From Mycoplasma phocimorsus (lineage in GTDB: Bacteria > Bacillota_I > Bacilli_A > Mycoplasmatales > Metamycoplasmataceae): a stretch of 24,000 nucleotides of DNA. Below, piece by piece: positions 21,251-24,000 of this stretch; positions within the stretch are counted from its first letter, which is position 1; each line of letters opens with the position of its first letter. The notes under the pieces were generated by a model. The model was not told the DNA's origin and made no database searches. It worked only from the letters and a program-made list of their open reading frames with translations. The translations under genes and the position numbers were made by a program. The DNA lies in the NCBI RefSeq assembly GCF_030077865.1, contig NZ_JASDDP010000015.1; one strand, given 5' to 3'.

Positions 21251-21281
21251 CCACTTTCTACCACTATCTACCTTATTATAA
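21251..21281 (-). promoter_or_regulatory. mraZ promoter/operator: an extended -10 box (TGtTATAAT) overlapping three tandem 10-bp units
   Basis: The minus strand reads TATAATAAGG-TAGATAGTGG-TAGAAAGTGG, followed by GAGAA and the ATG. The forward-strand decamers are ccactttcta (21251-21260), ccactatcta (21261-21270) and ccttattata (21271-21280). TATAAT lies at 21276-21281. Confidence 0.5.
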
Positions 21282-21379
21282 CAATTTGTGACGCCATATA
21301 TTTTTTTTCTTAAAATATATTAAAAATATATAATTTTTTATTTATAAATTTAAATAAGCAATTTATTTATAATATGAAT

Positions 21380-22627
21380 ATGAAATTTATAGATAGTACA
21401 AAAATTAAAGTTGCAGCTGGAAAAGGCGGTGATGGTTTTATTTCATTTCGTCGTGAAGCCCACGTTGATAAAGGGGGTCCTGATGGCGGAGATGGAGGAG
21501 ATGGCGGGAGTGTTTATTTTATTGGCGACAGCGGAATGAATACACTTTTAAGTTTACATTTCCAAAAAACAATTAAAGGTGAAGATGGTGTTAAGGGTGG
21601 AAGAAAAAATCTTTATGGAGCTAGAGGTAAAGATATTTTTGTTAAAGTTCCATTTGGTACACAAGTTATTAATGATGGAAAAATTATTGCCGATGTCATT
21701 GACGAAAAACCTTACTTAATTTGTAAAGGTGGTAAAGGTGGTCGGGGAAATGCTAAGTTTAAAACTGCTAAAAATAGTGCTCCAAGATTAAATGAAAATG
21801 GAATGCCTGGTGAAATGAAAATTGTAGATTTAGAACTTAAAGTATTAGCCGACGTTGGATTTGTAGGTGTTCCTAATGCTGGCAAAAGTTCTCTTTTAAG
21901 TGCCATGTCAAATGCAAAACCTAAAATTGCTAACTATCAATTTACTACAATTGATCCACAATTAGGTCTTTCTAAATATTATGATAAATCATTTGTTGTT
22001 GCTGATTTACCTGGATTAATCGAAGGAGCAGCACAAGGAAAAGGGATGGGTCATGAATTTTTAAAACATATTGAAAGATGTAAAATAATTGCTCATATTA
22101 TTGATTTTTCTCTTTCTTATGAAGAAATTAAAAATAATTATAATGTAATTAGAAAAGAATTAAAAAGTTATAAAATTGATTTAAGTAATAAAAAGCAAAT
22201 TCTTGTAGCAAATAAAAATGATAAAGAAGGTTTTTGAGAAAATATTGAAGAATTTGAGAAAGAATTTAATGTTAAATTAATTAAAATTTCAGCACTTAAT
22301 TCAGAAAATATTAATGAATTAAAGGCTGCTATTGTTAAAGATCTTGAAGCTGAAACATTACAACAAAAAAATAATAATTATGAAGAGGAAGTATATATTA
22401 ATTTCGATGCTCCATATTATGTTAAAAAAGAAGAAGGAGTTTTTGTTATTTCAGGAAGCAAAGTTGAATACTGATATAATAGAATTCCATTAACCACAAA
22501 TGATAATTGATTAAGATTTAATAAAATTCTTCAAAATCTTGGTGTATATCAAAAACTACATGAATTAGGCATTAAACAAGGTGATCAAGTTAGAATTTAT
22601 AACTTCACATTTGAATGAAATGATTAA
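21380..22627 (+). CDS. obg: GTPase Obg/CgtA
   Basis: 'MKFIDSTKIKVAAGKGGDGFISFRRE...GGPDGGDGGDGGSVYF' is the Obg fold, with G1 'GVPNAGKSSLL', G3 'DLPGLIEGA' and G4 'NKND'. The frame continues through four TGA codons to TAA 22625-22627, checked line by line. An upstream in-frame ATG at 21374 would add 'MN'. Confidence 0.95.
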
Positions 22628-22658
22628 ATAATGAGTTATTATTCATTATTTTTTTATT
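22627..22658 (+). terminator. Candidate rho-independent terminator after obg (AT-only stem)
   Basis: aataatga (22627-22634) pairs with tcattatt (22643-22650) around an 8-nt loop, followed by tttttatt. Confidence 0.4.
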
Positions 22659-22686
22659 ACTTAAATTAAATTGTTATTATTTAAAT

Positions 22687-24000
22687 ATGAAAAAAAATAA
22701 AAGTAAAAGTAAAAGTATTATAGGAACAATTATTAGTTTGATTGTAATTTCAGCAACTGGTATTAGTTCTTATTTTGCTTATCAAAATGGTTTTTTCTCT
22801 TCTTTAACTAAAAAACAAGAAAATACTTCTAACTTAGTTAAAGAAAATTTAAAAATTCCGACCAATCTTAAGAAAAAATTTTTTAAACCTGCTGAATTAA
22901 CAAGAATTGGACATTGAAATATTTTAAATTTTGGCGGAGAAAGATCATTTAAAAATAGCTTTAAAGTAAATTCAATTGCAAAAATTATATTAGAAACAAA
23001 TTTAGATTTAATTGGATTAACAGAAATTAATTATGATCAAGGTAAGAAAGTTGAAAATATTGTCAAAACATTAAATGAAATAGATGAAGATAAAAGCTGA
23101 AAAGTTATTACACAGCCAGTAGAAGATATGGCTTATGAAACTAATAAAGATATATCAGAACAAGTTTCTATTTTATATAAAGAAAGTAAATTTAAACCTG
23201 AAGCATTTAGTAACGGAAGAATAGGATCATCATATGGTGAAACATTTTTTAAAGATGAATTTAATAGAGATACTAGATTTAAAAGACCTTTATTTGGAGT
23301 ATTATTCAAAGAATTAAAATCAAATAAAAATTTAGTTGCATTTTATGGTCATTTAGATTCGCCGCGCGCTAAAAAAAGTAGAACAAAAACTCAATTTATT
23401 GAATTAAATTCAAAACTATTTTCACAACAAGGATCACAAGAAGTTGCTGAAGCAAAACAGATTGATGATGCTTTTATTTATTTTAAAAATTTATCGCCTA
23501 ATAATACATCATTATTTTTTGGTGGCGATACAAATATCATGACTAAAAATAATAAATTATTTACTAGTGAAGAATTTACATCAAAAAATATTCAAAATTA
23601 TTATGAAAATATGACTATAAATAAAAACTTGCTAAAAGAAGAGTATGAATATTATAAAACTTCTTTAGGCGAATCAAAAGGATATGCTAATGCATATGAT
23701 AAATTATTATTTATTGAAAATGGTCTTGACTTTATTAATGAATATGAAAAAGTAAATAAATTTAAAACTATGAGTTCTCCTGAAGGATATAGCTATTCTT
23801 CAGTATGATTTAGAGGAGATATTGCTAATGCATTTGAAACGCAACTGCTTGGCGAAAACTTTAAAAAAATGTGAAAAGATGAAGTTAATAAAGTTATAAA
23901 TGATTCAAAGAAAAAAGATAAATATATTAATTACTCTAACCACTCAATTGTAAAAAATGGAATTAGCGATCATGATATCACATGAATCGACTATAAGTAA
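22687..24000 (+). CDS. Membrane-anchored endonuclease/exonuclease/phosphatase (EEP) family nuclease, 437 aa
   Basis: Frame 1 is open from ATG 22687 to TAA 23998-24000 with TGA read as Trp, checked line by line. The N-terminal anchor is 'KSKSKSIIGTIISLIVISATGISSYFAY', with no lipobox Cys. EEP motifs include 'IGHWNILNFGG', 'IGLTEIN', 'FYGHLDSP', 'FFGGDTNI' and 'ISDHDITW'. Confidence 0.8.

Noticed and set aside
22698-22715. Three tandem copies of TAAAAG at the 5' end of the nuclease gene, encoding KSKSKS
   Set aside because: There are only three units, and the repeat is in frame (a multiple of 3), so copy changes would not shift the frame. It is most simply the basic n-region of the signal anchor.

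Overview
This is a very AT-rich chromosomal segment from a Mollicute (Mycoplasma-type). It only makes sense under translation table 4. Every conserved gene here is broken in the standard-code ORF track solely at TGA. Reading TGA as Trp restores full-length proteins, for example the PepC active site 'GRCW' and SMC 'VKWVLGE'. I re-joined the ORF-track fragments by hand on that basis. Content, left to right: (1) A plus-strand CUT1-type sugar ABC transporter operon. It has a partial upstream ORF, a MalF-like permease with a very long N-terminal extension, a MalG-like permease with a long extension, and a MalK/MsmX-like ATPase. (2) A small accessory islet. It holds a lipoprotein gene split by a G12 homopolymer (a candidate phase-variation switch) and an IS3-family insertion sequence whose transposase carries an in-frame TAA. 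(3) A long minus-strand housekeeping block: tsf, rpsB, a 3-TM hypothetical, pepC, smc, rnc, plsX, fakA(yloV) and an Asp23-like gene, then tRNA-Gln, tRNA-Tyr, rsmH and mraZ. (4) Plus-strand obg and a membrane-anchored EEP-family nuclease. I saw no CRISPR array, rRNA, prophage or obvious defence or toxin system. The most interesting items are the poly-G switch, the extended ABC permeases, the decamer repeats in front of mraZ, and the non-canonical genes appended to the fakA-plsX-rnc-smc cluster. All calls come from manual translation and motif recognition; no database search was possible.
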